A DNA stretch of 64,000 bases from an uncultured bacterium (GCA_964473865.1 CAYYQN010000005.1:80035-144034); one strand, 5' to 3'. Counted from the first letter of the stretch, positions 1-8,613 are shown. The notes: generated from the letters alone by a model not told the origin. Program-made: numbers and translations.

Positions 1-60
1 TCGGCCCCGGACCGACCCGCCGGGCCAACCACGGGACCCGTGCCCGTCACAAGGAGAGCC

Positions 61-522
61 ATGGCTGACGACCCCGGATTCGACGTTGCCGCGGCGCACC
101 GGTTCTTTTCCGCCCACTGCTTCAATCAGGCCTGGGACCTGATCGACAAGCCGAATCGGACGGCCGCTGAGGACCGGCTGATGGTCGCTCTGAGCCTCGC
201 CTCCCTCTACCATTGGCTGAGCCGGCCCGATTGTGAGCCCCGGCACCTGTCGGTCGGCTACTGGCAGGCCTCGCGCATCCAGTCCCTGCTGGGCAACTCC
301 GGTGAAGCGCGCCGCTACGCGGAGAACTGCATGGAACACAGCGGCGGCCTGGAGCCGTTCTACCGGGGATACGCCCACGAAGCGATGGCCCGCGCCGCAA
401 CCATTTCCGGCGACGCCGCCCTTGCGGCCCGGCATCTGGCCCACGCCCGGGAGCAGGCGGCGCTGGTCGCGAGCGCGGAGGACCGCGATCTCCTCCGGAA
501 AGACCTGGCCGGCCTGGAGTAG
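61..522 (+). CDS. Conserved hypothetical all-helical (TPR-like) protein
   Basis: ATG at 61 with AAGGAG RBS at 51-56; helical Ala-rich sequence with conserved-looking aromatic motifs (FNQAW, LYHW, GYWQASR, GYAHEA); stop TAG 520-522. Confidence 0.75.
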   Translation: MADDPGFDVAAAHRFFSAHCFNQAWDLIDKPNRTAAEDRLMVALSLASLYHWLSRPDCEPRHLSVGYWQASRIQSLLGNSGEARRYAENCMEHSGGLEPFYRGYAHEAMARAATISGDAALAARHLAHAREQAALVASAEDRDLLRKDLAGLE

Positions 523-633
523 AATAGCCGGGCGATCGGAGGCCCAGCCCGACCGGACCTTGGCCTGGGGGCGCGGCTTCGCGCCAGCGGCACATCCGCC
601 GCCGCAGTCTGCCTGGGAGTCCCGGAGGAAGCC

Positions 634-2190
634 GTGCCTGAGCCTTCAAATGGCCCCCTGTACCTCGACTCGCCCGCGGGCGAACGACTCCCCCCCGAGC
701 TGACCCCCGCCGAGCGGGCCGTCCTCGATCTCGTGAACCAGAAGGTGGCCGCGGCAGACTCGCTCTCGTCGATCATCGACTTCCTCTTCGATTCCACGCA
801 GTCGATCTTCCCCTGTGATCGGATCGCCGTGGCGTTCGTCGAGGAAGGCGGCCAGCGGCTGGTGGCGCATCACGCCCGGGCCGCGTACGAGCCGCTGCTT
901 CTCAAGCGCGGATACGCCGAGGACCTGGCGCAGAGTTCGCTGCAGCGGGTGCTCCGGGATCGGCAGCCGCGGATCATCCCCGATCTGGAAGCCTACCAGG
1001 CGGAACACCCCGGCAGCCGCTCCACCCGCCTTCTGGTGCGGGAGGGGGTTCGCTCCAGCCTGACCTGTCCCCTCGTGGTCGACGATCGCGTGGTCGGGGT
1101 CCTCTTCCGCAGCTCCCGGCGGTCGCGCGCCTACGACCGGCGTGAAGTCGGGTTGCACCTGGCAGTGGCGGAGCGGCTGAGCCAGGCCGTGGAGAAGGCG
1201 CGCCGCATCGAGCAGCTCGCGGACGCGAATCGCGCGTACACGGAGATGCTCGGCTTCGTCAGCCACGAGTTGAAGAGCCCGGTCGCGTCGATGGCGATGG
1301 ACGCCCAGCTGATCGGGGACGGGTACCTCGGCCCGGTGACGGAGAAACAGCAGGCCAAGCTGGCGTCGATGCGAAACAAGGCCGACTACCTGCTCGGCCT
1401 CGTGCGCGAGTACCTCGACCTGGCGCGCATCGAGGGCGGGGACTTGGGGATCCGTCCGCGCGCCGGCGTCGATTTCCTGCGGGAGGTCGTCGAGCCCTCC
1501 GTGGAGGTGGTGCGCCCGCTGCTCGAGGCGTCCGGCATGCGGATGGAGATCGAGATCGGCGCGGGCGATGCGCCGGCCAGTGCGGTGGACGCAAGCAGCG
1601 GGCCGGCCGGCGAGGTGGGCGCAGGAGACGCGCCGACCGGTCCCCCGCTGCGCATCGAGGCTGACCCCGATCTCCTGAAGATCGTGGTCGTGAATCTGGT
1701 CGGCAACGGGATCAAGTACGGGAATCCGGGAGGACGACTGAAGCTGCGGGCGAGACTGATGGGTGGGCCAGCGGACGAGACCCCGTTGGAGGCGGCGCCA
1801 GAGGCAACCCCGCGGGAACGCCCACTCCCCGGTCCGGGGAACGCCGCCGCGCCGGCGCCCGGACGGGAGGGTCCGCCCGCCCCAAGCCCGGAACCGCGCG
1901 AGCTACCGCTCGCTGCGGGTGCCTTCACGTTCTCCGTCTGGAACGAAGGTCCGGGGTTCCCGGAGGCGCAGCGGGCCAGGCTCTTCCGCCGGTTCTCCCG
2001 CCTGGACACGCCGGAGCTCAAGTCGCGCAAGGGGACCGGCGTGGGCCTCTATTCCTCCTGGAAGATCGTGAAGTTGCACGGCGGGCGGATGGATGCCTCC
2101 TCCGAGGAAGGCAAGTGGGCGGAGTTTTGGTTCACGATCCCCCAGCCGCTGGTGACAACTGCAGAACGAGACCAGCCGCCCGAAGACTGA
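634..2190 (+). CDS. GAF-domain sensor histidine kinase (cytoplasmic, no transmembrane segment)
   Basis: N-terminal GAF (CDRIAVAF, SSLTCPLVVDDRVVGVL); H-box FVSHELKSP; N-box NLVGNGIKY; G-boxes NEGPG, LFRRFSR, GTGVGL. Confidence 0.9.
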   Translation: MPEPSNGPLYLDSPAGERLPPELTPAERAVLDLVNQKVAAADSLSSIIDFLFDSTQSIFPCDRIAVAFVEEGGQRLVAHHARAAYEPLLLKRGYAEDLAQSSLQRVLRDRQPRIIPDLEAYQAEHPGSRSTRLLVREGVRSSLTCPLVVDDRVVGVLFRSSRRSRAYDRREVGLHLAVAERLSQAVEKARRIEQLADANRAYTEMLGFVSHELKSPVASMAMDAQLIGDGYLGPVTEKQQAKLASMRNKADYLLGLVREYLDLARIEGGDLGIRPRAGVDFLREVVEPSVEVVRPLLEASGMRMEIEIGAGDAPASAVDASSGPAGEVGAGDAPTGPPLRIEADPDLLKIVVVNLVGNGIKYGNPGGRLKLRARLMGGPADETPLEAAPEATPRERPLPGPGNAAAPAPGREGPPAPSPEPRELPLAAGAFTFSVWNEGPGFPEAQRARLFRRFSRLDTPELKSRKGTGVGLYSSWKIVKLHGGRMDASSEEGKWAEFWFTIPQPLVTTAERDQPPED

Positions 2191-2213
2191 GTCCGGGACC
2201 GTAGGCCCGGACT
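2188..2213 (+). terminator. GC-rich hairpin directly after the kinase stop codon
   Basis: GAGTCCGGG-ACCGTAGG-CCCGGACTC, 9-bp perfect stem; no U-tract, so terminator function is uncertain. Confidence 0.4.
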
Positions 2214-2294
2214 CGGGGTGTCGGCATGTCGCGTCCGTCCGCCGTGAAGGCATGCCCTGGCGTCCGGAGAGAGACCGCCACCGGGTGATCGGGG

Positions 2295-2323
2295 TTGGTC
2301 CTGGCCGCGAGAGGCGCTATCAT
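2295..2323 (+). promoter_or_regulatory. Candidate sigma-70 promoter
   Basis: TTGGTC-17 nt-TATCAT, about 60 nt upstream of the ATG at 2385. Confidence 0.45.
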
Positions 2324-2384
2324 CCCCGCGCGCACCTGGGGCACATCTGAGCTTTCATTGACGGTCGCAACTCAGGAGGCTGCC

Positions 2385-3023
2385 ATGCACCGAGGCCTCG
2401 ATCTCCGCTCGAGCTTGCCGGCAGTGTGTCTGCTGGCCCTGGCCGTGCTCCCCGTCTACGCGGATCCGTGCTTCCACCTGGACTTCGATGACGACAACAA
2501 TCCCTGGACGCTGCGTACGCAGATGCCTCCGGGCGTCACGGAGGGCGTAGTCCGGTTCGTCTTCGAGGCGCCGGCCGTGCTTCCGTCCGGCCAGGAGTTC
2601 TACTGGGATGTGATGGAAGGGTGCTGCAACGACATGTTCCAGTTCGGCCACGTGGGAGCGGGATTGGATCCCATGTCGCTGACCTTTGATCCGGCTTTTG
2701 TGGCTTACTATGAACCCCTTCTGCCGACCTGCACCCTTTGCTGTCCGTGGGTGATCTACGGGACCTTCGCCGGGGACATGCAGGCCGTGGCGGGGCAGCG
2801 GTACTTCATCGGCGAAGCGGCGGCCAGCGCTCGTTGCGAGGACTTTCCGCCGCCGTGCTACCCGCCGCAGGAGTTCCAGGTCCGATTCAGCCCGGCCGCC
2901 CTCTGCGGGGAGACGACCTCGGATCTCATGGTCTTCCTGTGCCCCACCAGCGGCCTGCCGGAGGAGCCTGCGGAGGCCGCCCGGAGCTGGGGAAGGATCA
3001 AGGCGAGGTATCGCTCGGAGTAA
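2385..3023 (+). CDS. Secreted Cys-rich hypothetical protein with C-terminal SWGRIKARYR motif
   Basis: ATG 2385 with CAGGAGG RBS; signal peptide (LPAVCLLALAVLPVYA-D); multiple Cys; ends SGLPEEPAEAARSWGRIKARYRSE. Confidence 0.8.
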   Translation: MHRGLDLRSSLPAVCLLALAVLPVYADPCFHLDFDDDNNPWTLRTQMPPGVTEGVVRFVFEAPAVLPSGQEFYWDVMEGCCNDMFQFGHVGAGLDPMSLTFDPAFVAYYEPLLPTCTLCCPWVIYGTFAGDMQAVAGQRYFIGEAAASARCEDFPPPCYPPQEFQVRFSPAALCGETTSDLMVFLCPTSGLPEEPAEAARSWGRIKARYRSE

Positions 3024-3121
3024 TCAGCGGGTTCCGCGCCCGGGAGAGGCGAATTCCACCCGCAGCGCCCGGACGAACCGGGCCTGACGAGCAGGTCCTT
3101 TCCGCTCCCGTGAGCCGCCCG

Positions 3122-3496
3122 CTACCCCAGTTTCGTCTTCAGCGTCCGGAGCAGCACGTCGAAGTTCAGAGGCTTCTGGAAGACTCCCGTGAGCCCGAGG
3201 GCGCTGTAATCGGTCTGCAGGTTCAACTGGTCGCCGACCGAGGAGAGCATGTACACGGGCACCTTGTTGCCGAGAGCCTTGAGCTCCTTGGCCAGGCTGG
3301 TGCCGGCGTCGACTTCCTCCATCATCAGATCGATGATGCAGAAGTCGGGCTGGACCGCCTTGTACTTCCTCAGCCCCTCCTCGGCGGTGAGCGCCCCCTC
3401 CATGATGTAGCCGTTGGCCTCGATAATGACCCGCAGGCCATCGATCATATCCTCATCGTCATCGACGTAGAGGATCACGTACTTGTTGTCCCTCAT
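3122..3496 (-). CDS. Single-domain response regulator (receiver only)
   Basis: ILYVDDD, PDFCIIDLMM (phosphoacceptor Asp), MLSS, FQKP; ATGA overlap with the hoxW stop. Confidence 0.92.
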   Translation of the reverse strand: MRDNKYVILYVDDDEDMIDGLRVIIEANGYIMEGALTAEEGLRKYKAVQPDFCIIDLMMEEVDAGTSLAKELKALGNKVPVYMLSSVGDQLNLQTDYSALGLTGVFQKPLNFDVLLRTLKTKLG

Positions 3497-4041
3497 GGGT
3501 GTCCCTCGCTCATAGGAGCCCAGTCGAGCTCCGTGGAAATGGGAGCCGGATCGCTCATGGGCGCGGCCTGCCCGACCGTGACGTCGAACCTGGAGTGCTG
3601 CAACGACGCCACGAGGAACTCGTACGCCGCGTCCAGATTGGCTTGCGCCTCGGTCGAGAGACTCTCTCCGAACTCGTTGAACTTGTGGCCGCGTACCCCG
3701 AGTACGTAGCCTCGCGTGTGCCCCCCGAACAACGTGTGGGCCAGTCCCAGCACGGCGTCGGGGCGCACGCTGTGGCTCGAGAAGCTGACGCTCGGCCGGG
3801 GCCGCAGCCGCTCGAAGACAAAAGGCGGGGGACAGCTCACGTGGGCGTCGATGAAGATCGCCACGTCGTGAGCCGCCACCTGCGCCGCATCCTCCACCAT
3901 CAGCTGGTAACCGGAGTCGACCGTGACCCCGGGCAGGCCCAGAGCCTCGATCCTGGCGGCAAGGGCCGGACCCAGGCCGTCGTCGAGACGGCCCGGGTTC
4001 CCGAACCCCAACACCAGGACCTTGGTCCCCCGGTTCGTCAT
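3493..4041 (-). CDS. hoxW: Hydrogenase maturation endopeptidase (HoxW/HybD family)
   Basis: VLGFGNPGRLDDGLG, QLMVED, FIDAH, SSHSV motifs; ATG 4041 overlaps the hoxH stop. Confidence 0.88.
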   Translation of the reverse strand: MTNRGTKVLVLGFGNPGRLDDGLGPALAARIEALGLPGVTVDSGYQLMVEDAAQVAAHDVAIFIDAHVSCPPPFVFERLRPRPSVSFSSHSVRPDAVLGLAHTLFGGHTRGYVLGVRGHKFNEFGESLSTEAQANLDAAYEFLVASLQHSRFDVTVGQAAPMSDPAPISTELDWAPMSEGHP

Positions 4042-5474
4042 CCGCGCGCCTTGCGTTGAACGAGGTTGCCTTCGCAATCGACCAGGTCGATCGAGAGCGG
4101 CATCTGGCCCAGCGCGTGGGTCGCGCAGCTCAGGCAGGGGTCATAGGCGCGAATGGCGATCTCGACGCGGTTCAAGAGGCCCTCGGTGATCTCGGGCTTG
4201 CCGGAGATATGGTCCGCGGCCACCTTCGCGACCGCCCGGTTCATCGGCTCGTTGTTGCTCGTGGTCGAGACGATCAAGTTGGCCATCACGATCTGGTCGT
4301 GGTCGTTCACGCGGTAGTGATGGAACAGCGTGCCCCGCGGCGCCTCGATGAGTCCAACGCCCTCATAGCGGCGCTCCCCTGTAACGACCAGGTCGGTTCC
4401 CTGCAGGTCGGGATCGTGGAGCAGGCTCTTGATCTTCTCGATCGCGTGCAGGAGTTCGATCATACGCGCCCAGTGGTAGGCCATGCTGATGTTGTTGGGC
4501 TTGCCTTTGGTCAGCCCCATGAACTCCTTGCGCTCGGCCTCAGCCTCCGGGGTGTCGATGAACGTCGCGGTATTCAGGCGGGCCAGCGGCCCCACCCGGT
4601 ACCAGCCGTTCTCCGGCCCGATGCTCTTGATGAACGGGAACTTCATGTAGGACCAGGGGCGCACTTCTTCGGCGATGTACGTGGTGTAGTCCTGGTAATC
4701 GACGTGATCGAAGATGGTCTGGCCGTCCTTGGTGATGGCGCGGAGCCCGCCGTGATAGAGGTCCATGGCGCCGTCCGCCCGGATCAACGACAGATGGCTC
4801 GACTCGAACGAGCCGAAGTCGGCCAGCTCGGACAGGTGCTGCGTCGTATAGTCCTTGCAGAGCTTGAGCGCGCTGCGCGACCAGGTGACCATCTGCTCCA
4901 GATCCTTGAGCAGGAAGTCGCGCTCGGCGATCGACAGGTTCTTGTTCACACCGCCGGGAATCGCCCCCGTGCCGTGGATCTTCTTGCCGGCGGTGCGCAG
5001 GATGACCTCCTGGCCGTACTTGCGCATCATGACGCCCTGCACCGCCAGCTCAGGGAACTTCTGCGCCACCCCGATGACGTTGCGGATGGCGGGATCGGCA
5101 TCGAACCCGAACAGCAGATCGGGGCTGACCAGGTGGAAAAAATGAAGCGCGTGGCTCTGGAAGAACTGCCCGTAGTGCATGAGCCGGCGCATCTTTTCGG
5201 CCGTCGGGGTGAGATTCTCGCCGCCGACGATCCGGTCCATGGCCTTGACCGCGGCCAGGTGGTGACTCACGGGGCAGATGCCGCAGAGGCGTTGCACGCA
5301 CACCGGGGCCTCCCAGAACGGCCGCCCCTGGATGAAGCGCTCGAAGCCGCGGAACTCCACGATGTGAAGCCGCGCCTGGTGCACATTGTTCTTTGCGTCG
5401 AGCTGGATCGTGACCTTGCCGTGGCCTTCCACGCGCGTCACCGGCTCGATGGTTATGTTGCGAAGCTCGCCCAT
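4038..5474 (-). CDS. hoxH: [NiFe]-hydrogenase large subunit, group 3d NAD-linked
   Basis: TRVEGHG; L1 RLCGICPVSH; EAPRGTLFHHY; L2 DPCLSCATH followed by a cleavable C-terminal extension. Confidence 0.96.
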   Translation of the reverse strand: MGELRNITIEPVTRVEGHGKVTIQLDAKNNVHQARLHIVEFRGFERFIQGRPFWEAPVCVQRLCGICPVSHHLAAVKAMDRIVGGENLTPTAEKMRRLMHYGQFFQSHALHFFHLVSPDLLFGFDADPAIRNVIGVAQKFPELAVQGVMMRKYGQEVILRTAGKKIHGTGAIPGGVNKNLSIAERDFLLKDLEQMVTWSRSALKLCKDYTTQHLSELADFGSFESSHLSLIRADGAMDLYHGGLRAITKDGQTIFDHVDYQDYTTYIAEEVRPWSYMKFPFIKSIGPENGWYRVGPLARLNTATFIDTPEAEAERKEFMGLTKGKPNNISMAYHWARMIELLHAIEKIKSLLHDPDLQGTDLVVTGERRYEGVGLIEAPRGTLFHHYRVNDHDQIVMANLIVSTTSNNEPMNRAVAKVAADHISGKPEITEGLLNRVEIAIRAYDPCLSCATHALGQMPLSIDLVDCEGNLVQRKARG

Positions 5475-5508
5475 GTTTCTCCTCTTCTTTCCTTCCTAGG
5501 GCCCCGGA

Positions 5509-6054
5509 CTAGTCGTACTTGATGAGCTCGTACGGCAAGTCAAGCGGCTTGTTCGTGAGGAGCGCTACGAGCGCCTCCCAGATCGTGTCGGCGGACGGCG
5601 GGCAGCCCGGAAGGTGGTAGTCGATCTTCACCACCTCATGCAAGGGGTAGACCTTGTCCAGGATGAGCGGGATCTCCGTGTCGTTGGGAACCTTGCCGGA
5701 CGGGTTGTGGACCGTCGGACCGTTGAGATACGCCTCATCCAGGCACTCCTGCACGGGAATGCCGTTGCGCATGGCGGGAATGCCGCCGTTGATGGCGCAA
5801 TCCCCCAGGGAGATGAGAATGTCGCAGTGTTCGCGGAAGTTCTTCAGCACTGCGACGTTCTCTTCGTTGCAGCAACCGCCTTCGATGATGCCCACCAGGC
5901 AGCGCCCGGTGAACTTCTTGATGTCGTTGACGGGCGACTTATCGAAGTCGACCAGCTCGATGAGCTTCAGGATGCGATCGTCGATGTCGAGGATCGACAT
6001 GTGGCACCCAAAGCACCCAGCCAGCGACGCTGTTGCGATCTTCGGCTTCGCCAT
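5509..6054 (-). CDS. hoxY: [NiFe]-hydrogenase small subunit (single proximal 4Fe-4S)
   Basis: Start MAKPKIAT at 6054; SLAGCFGCHMS, EGGCC, GDCA, PGCPP; 181 aa. Confidence 0.93.
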   Translation of the reverse strand: MAKPKIATASLAGCFGCHMSILDIDDRILKLIELVDFDKSPVNDIKKFTGRCLVGIIEGGCCNEENVAVLKNFREHCDILISLGDCAINGGIPAMRNGIPVQECLDEAYLNGPTVHNPSGKVPNDTEIPLILDKVYPLHEVVKIDYHLPGCPPSADTIWEALVALLTNKPLDLPYELIKYD

Positions 6055-6074
6055 GGAGTACTCCTTCCCGGGGT

Positions 6075-6782
6075 TCAGGTCCGCGCCGACTCGATGTCCG
6101 ATCCGATGGGTTTGTGGTCGTATAGCCGCTGACCCACCGGCACCGCGTAGCCCACGCGCTTGGTGAGGATGGCCCCGACCGGGCAGAGACTGACCGCCCG
6201 ATCGCGCACGTCGATTCCGGTGTCGGCCAGCCGGGCCTTGGCGTTCACCGAGATGCGCCGGTGCGGGCCGCGACCCACGAACTGGAAGACGTTCTTGCCG
6301 TCGAGGTCGCGGCTGGCGCGCACACAGCGGGCGCACAGGATGCAGCGGTTGTGGTCGAGGAAGATGTCTGGATGGCTGGCATCGATGTTCCGTTTGGGGA
6401 ACTGATACGGGAAACGCGGCGCCGCAATGCCGAAACGGTACGCCATGGCCTGCAGCTCGCAGTTGCCGGACTTCTCGCAGAACATGCAGAAGTGATTTCC
6501 CTCGACGAAGAGCATGTCGATGAGGTCCTTGCGCATGGCCTGGACCTTGGGCACTTCGCTCTCAACCACATTGCCCGGAGCCACCGGCTGGGTGCAGGCG
6601 GCCTGCGGCCGGCCGTTGACCAGCACCGTGCAGACGCGGCAACTTCCGTAAGCGTGCAGCTCCTTGTGGTGGCAGAGACGCGGGATGTACACGCCCGCCT
6701 TGTCGGCGGCCTCGAGGATGGTCTGGCCCGGCTCGGCCTGGATCTCAGCCCCGTCCAACGTAAAAGTGAAGGTTTCGCTCAT
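6075..6782 (-). CDS. hoxU: Diaphorase Fe-S subunit (homologous to the NuoG N-terminus)
   Basis: PRLCHH...GSCRVC...ACTQ (2Fe-2S); HFCMFCEKSGNCELQ; RCILCARCVR; LCPVGAI. Confidence 0.93.
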   Translation of the reverse strand: MSETFTFTLDGAEIQAEPGQTILEAADKAGVYIPRLCHHKELHAYGSCRVCTVLVNGRPQAACTQPVAPGNVVESEVPKVQAMRKDLIDMLFVEGNHFCMFCEKSGNCELQAMAYRFGIAAPRFPYQFPKRNIDASHPDIFLDHNRCILCARCVRASRDLDGKNVFQFVGRGPHRRISVNAKARLADTGIDVRDRAVSLCPVGAILTKRVGYAVPVGQRLYDHKPIGSDIESART

Positions 6783-6786
6783 GGCG

Positions 6787-8613
6787 TTACTCCTGGTGTC
6801 CCGCGAAGTGGACTGACTTGCGACCCGTGAGCACTTCGGAGGGTCTCAGCGCCGTCGCCAGATCGAACGTGGGCTGGAACGTCGCCGGGCCGGTCTTGAG
6901 CCGCGCCTCGTAGAGAGGGCGGAAGTTCTTCAGGGTGGTCAGCACGGGATTCGCGGAGGTCTGTCCCAGTCCGCAACGGCTCATGGTCTTGATCGTGGCG
7001 CCCAGGCTCTCGAGGTAGTCGAGGTCGGCCGCCGTGCCGCGGCCCGCGCGGATCTCGTCCAGACGTTGCCGCAGGAGCGGATTGCCCGCCCGGCAGGGGG
7101 TGCAGAAACCGCAGCTCTCATCGATGAAGAACTCCAGGTAGGTGCTCGCAATCTCCAGCAGGTCGCGGTCCGGGCCGAACACGACGATCGCGCCACCGGT
7201 GGCAAGGTCGTCATAGCAGATGCACCGGCCGAACTCGGCGGGGCTCACCATCTGCCCGCTCGGTCCCCCTACCTGCACGGCCGCCGCATTCTCGGCGCCG
7301 GCCAGCTTGAGCACCTCAGCCAAGGTGATGCCGAAGTGCACTTCGTAGACGCCCGGACGCCGGCAGTCGCCGGAGATCGAAAGGAGCTTGGTGCCCGAGG
7401 AACCCTTCGAGCCGAGCTGGGCGAACCAGCCCGGACCCTGATCCAGGATTCGCGCCACGCAGCAGAAGGTCTCGACGTTGTTGACCGTGGTCGGGTGGCC
7501 CAGATACCCCTTCTGGGCCGGGAAGGGCGGGCGGTTCTTGGGATCGCCCCGCGTTCCCTCGCACGACGAGAGCAGGGCCGTCTCCTCGCCGCACACGTAG
7601 GCGCCGGCGCCCATCTGGATGCGGATGTCGAAGTCGAAGCCCGCCTTGCCGCAGATCGCCTTGCCGAGCAGGCCATTTCGGCGGCGCTCGGCCAGGGCGT
7701 TCTCGAGAAACGCCTTCAGGTACGCGTATTCGCCGCGGAGGTACACCAGGCCGAGATCCGCGCCGATGGCGTATCCGGCGATGGTCATGCCCTCGAAGAG
7801 CACGTCCGGCGCCTCGGTCAGGATCACCCGATCCTTGAAGGTGCCGGGTTCGCCCTCGTCCGCGTTGCACACGACAATGCGGCGGTGGCCGCCCGACGCG
7901 CGCGTGAACTCCCACTTCATCCCGGTCGGGAAGCCGGCGCCGCCGCGCCCGCGCAGACGAGCCGTCTTGACGTCACGGATGACCTCCTGAGGGCTCATCG
8001 CGATCGCCTTCCGGATGGCCTTGCCGGGCTCGAGGTCGGCAAAGACGACCGGACCGCGTTGCCGCAGGTGGTTGGTCACCATGGCCTGCACCAGATCGTC
8101 GGCGTTGTTGCCGTCACCAAGCTGCTGCACCAGCTTGCGCGGGTTCGGATCCTTGCGGAGCGTGCGCACCAGCTCTCGCGCCCGGTCGGTCGACAGGTTC
8201 GTGACGACGACGTCGTTGACCATGGCCGCGGGAGCCTGGTCGCACATGCCGATGCAGGGCGCCCACTCCAGCGTGAACGCTCCCTCCTTCGACGTCTCGC
8301 CGAACTTCAAGCCGAGCTCTTCGGTAAGCGCCTGGGCAACACGGTCGGCGCCCATCATGCGGTCGACCACGTCGTTGCACAGACGTATCACGATGCGACC
8401 CTTCTGCTCTTTTGAGAGAAAGGCGTAGAAAGACACGACGCTTTCCACCTCGACCCGAGGAAGCCTCAGGACCGATGCAATGGCGTCGATCGCGTCGTCG
8501 CCGACGCAGCCATATCTGGCCTGCACCGCCCGTACGATATCCATCATGCGCGAGCGGTCGTTGCCGACTCCCTCGCAGATATCCCGGACGGCCCGTTCGA
8601 GAGTCTCGCCCAT
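6787..8613 (-). CDS. hoxF: Diaphorase FMN/NADH-binding subunit (NuoE+NuoF fusion)
   Basis: Start MGETLER at 8613 after a GAGGGGGG RBS; NuoE-like N-terminus; RGRGGAGFPTGMKW, CNADEGEPGTFKDR, GAGAYVCGEET, ESCGFCTPCRAG, SRCGLG. Confidence 0.95.
   Translation of the reverse strand: MGETLERAVRDICEGVGNDRSRMMDIVRAVQARYGCVGDDAIDAIASVLRLPRVEVESVVSFYAFLSKEQKGRIVIRLCNDVVDRMMGADRVAQALTEELGLKFGETSKEGAFTLEWAPCIGMCDQAPAAMVNDVVVTNLSTDRARELVRTLRKDPNPRKLVQQLGDGNNADDLVQAMVTNHLRQRGPVVFADLEPGKAIRKAIAMSPQEVIRDVKTARLRGRGGAGFPTGMKWEFTRASGGHRRIVVCNADEGEPGTFKDRVILTEAPDVLFEGMTIAGYAIGADLGLVYLRGEYAYLKAFLENALAERRRNGLLGKAICGKAGFDFDIRIQMGAGAYVCGEETALLSSCEGTRGDPKNRPPFPAQKGYLGHPTTVNNVETFCCVARILDQGPGWFAQLGSKGSSGTKLLSISGDCRRPGVYEVHFGITLAEVLKLAGAENAAAVQVGGPSGQMVSPAEFGRCICYDDLATGGAIVVFGPDRDLLEIASTYLEFFIDESCGFCTPCRAGNPLLRQRLDEIRAGRGTAADLDYLESLGATIKTMSRCGLGQTSANPVLTTLKNFRPLYEARLKTGPATFQPTFDLATALRPSEVLTGRKSVHFAGHQE

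Noticed and set aside
2188-2250. TGA followed immediately by a hairpin as a possible SECIS/selenocysteine read-through of the kinase
   Set aside because: The kinase domain is already complete. Read-through adds only 18 non-conserved-looking residues before another TGA, and the hairpin is better explained as a terminator or stability element.
3493-3560. Three near-repeats of (C/T)ATGAG at the hoxW-regulator junction as a functional element
   Set aside because: Short and imperfect. Most simply explained as local duplication extending the HoxW C-terminus; no function can be inferred.
4081-4140. HoxH as a [NiFeSe] hydrogenase, given selB in the window
   Set aside because: The L2 motif is encoded CCC TGC CTG AGC TGC GCG ACC CAC, so both ligands are Cys and there is no in-frame TGA.
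4056-5522. Long antisense ORFs such as 4056-5522(+), 7066-8415(+), 14505-16328(+), 16389-18263(+), 21917-23713(-), 42569-44548(-) and 57674-59170(+)
   Set aside because: They overlap well-supported genes on the opposite strand, lack motifs and show the shadow-frame composition typical of high-GC DNA.
3122-8613. Complete hydrogenase maturation locus or HoxE-containing pentameric enzyme
   Set aside because: No hypABCDEF, hoxE or hoxI is present in the window. These may lie elsewhere in the genome, so their absence here is not evidence of a defect.
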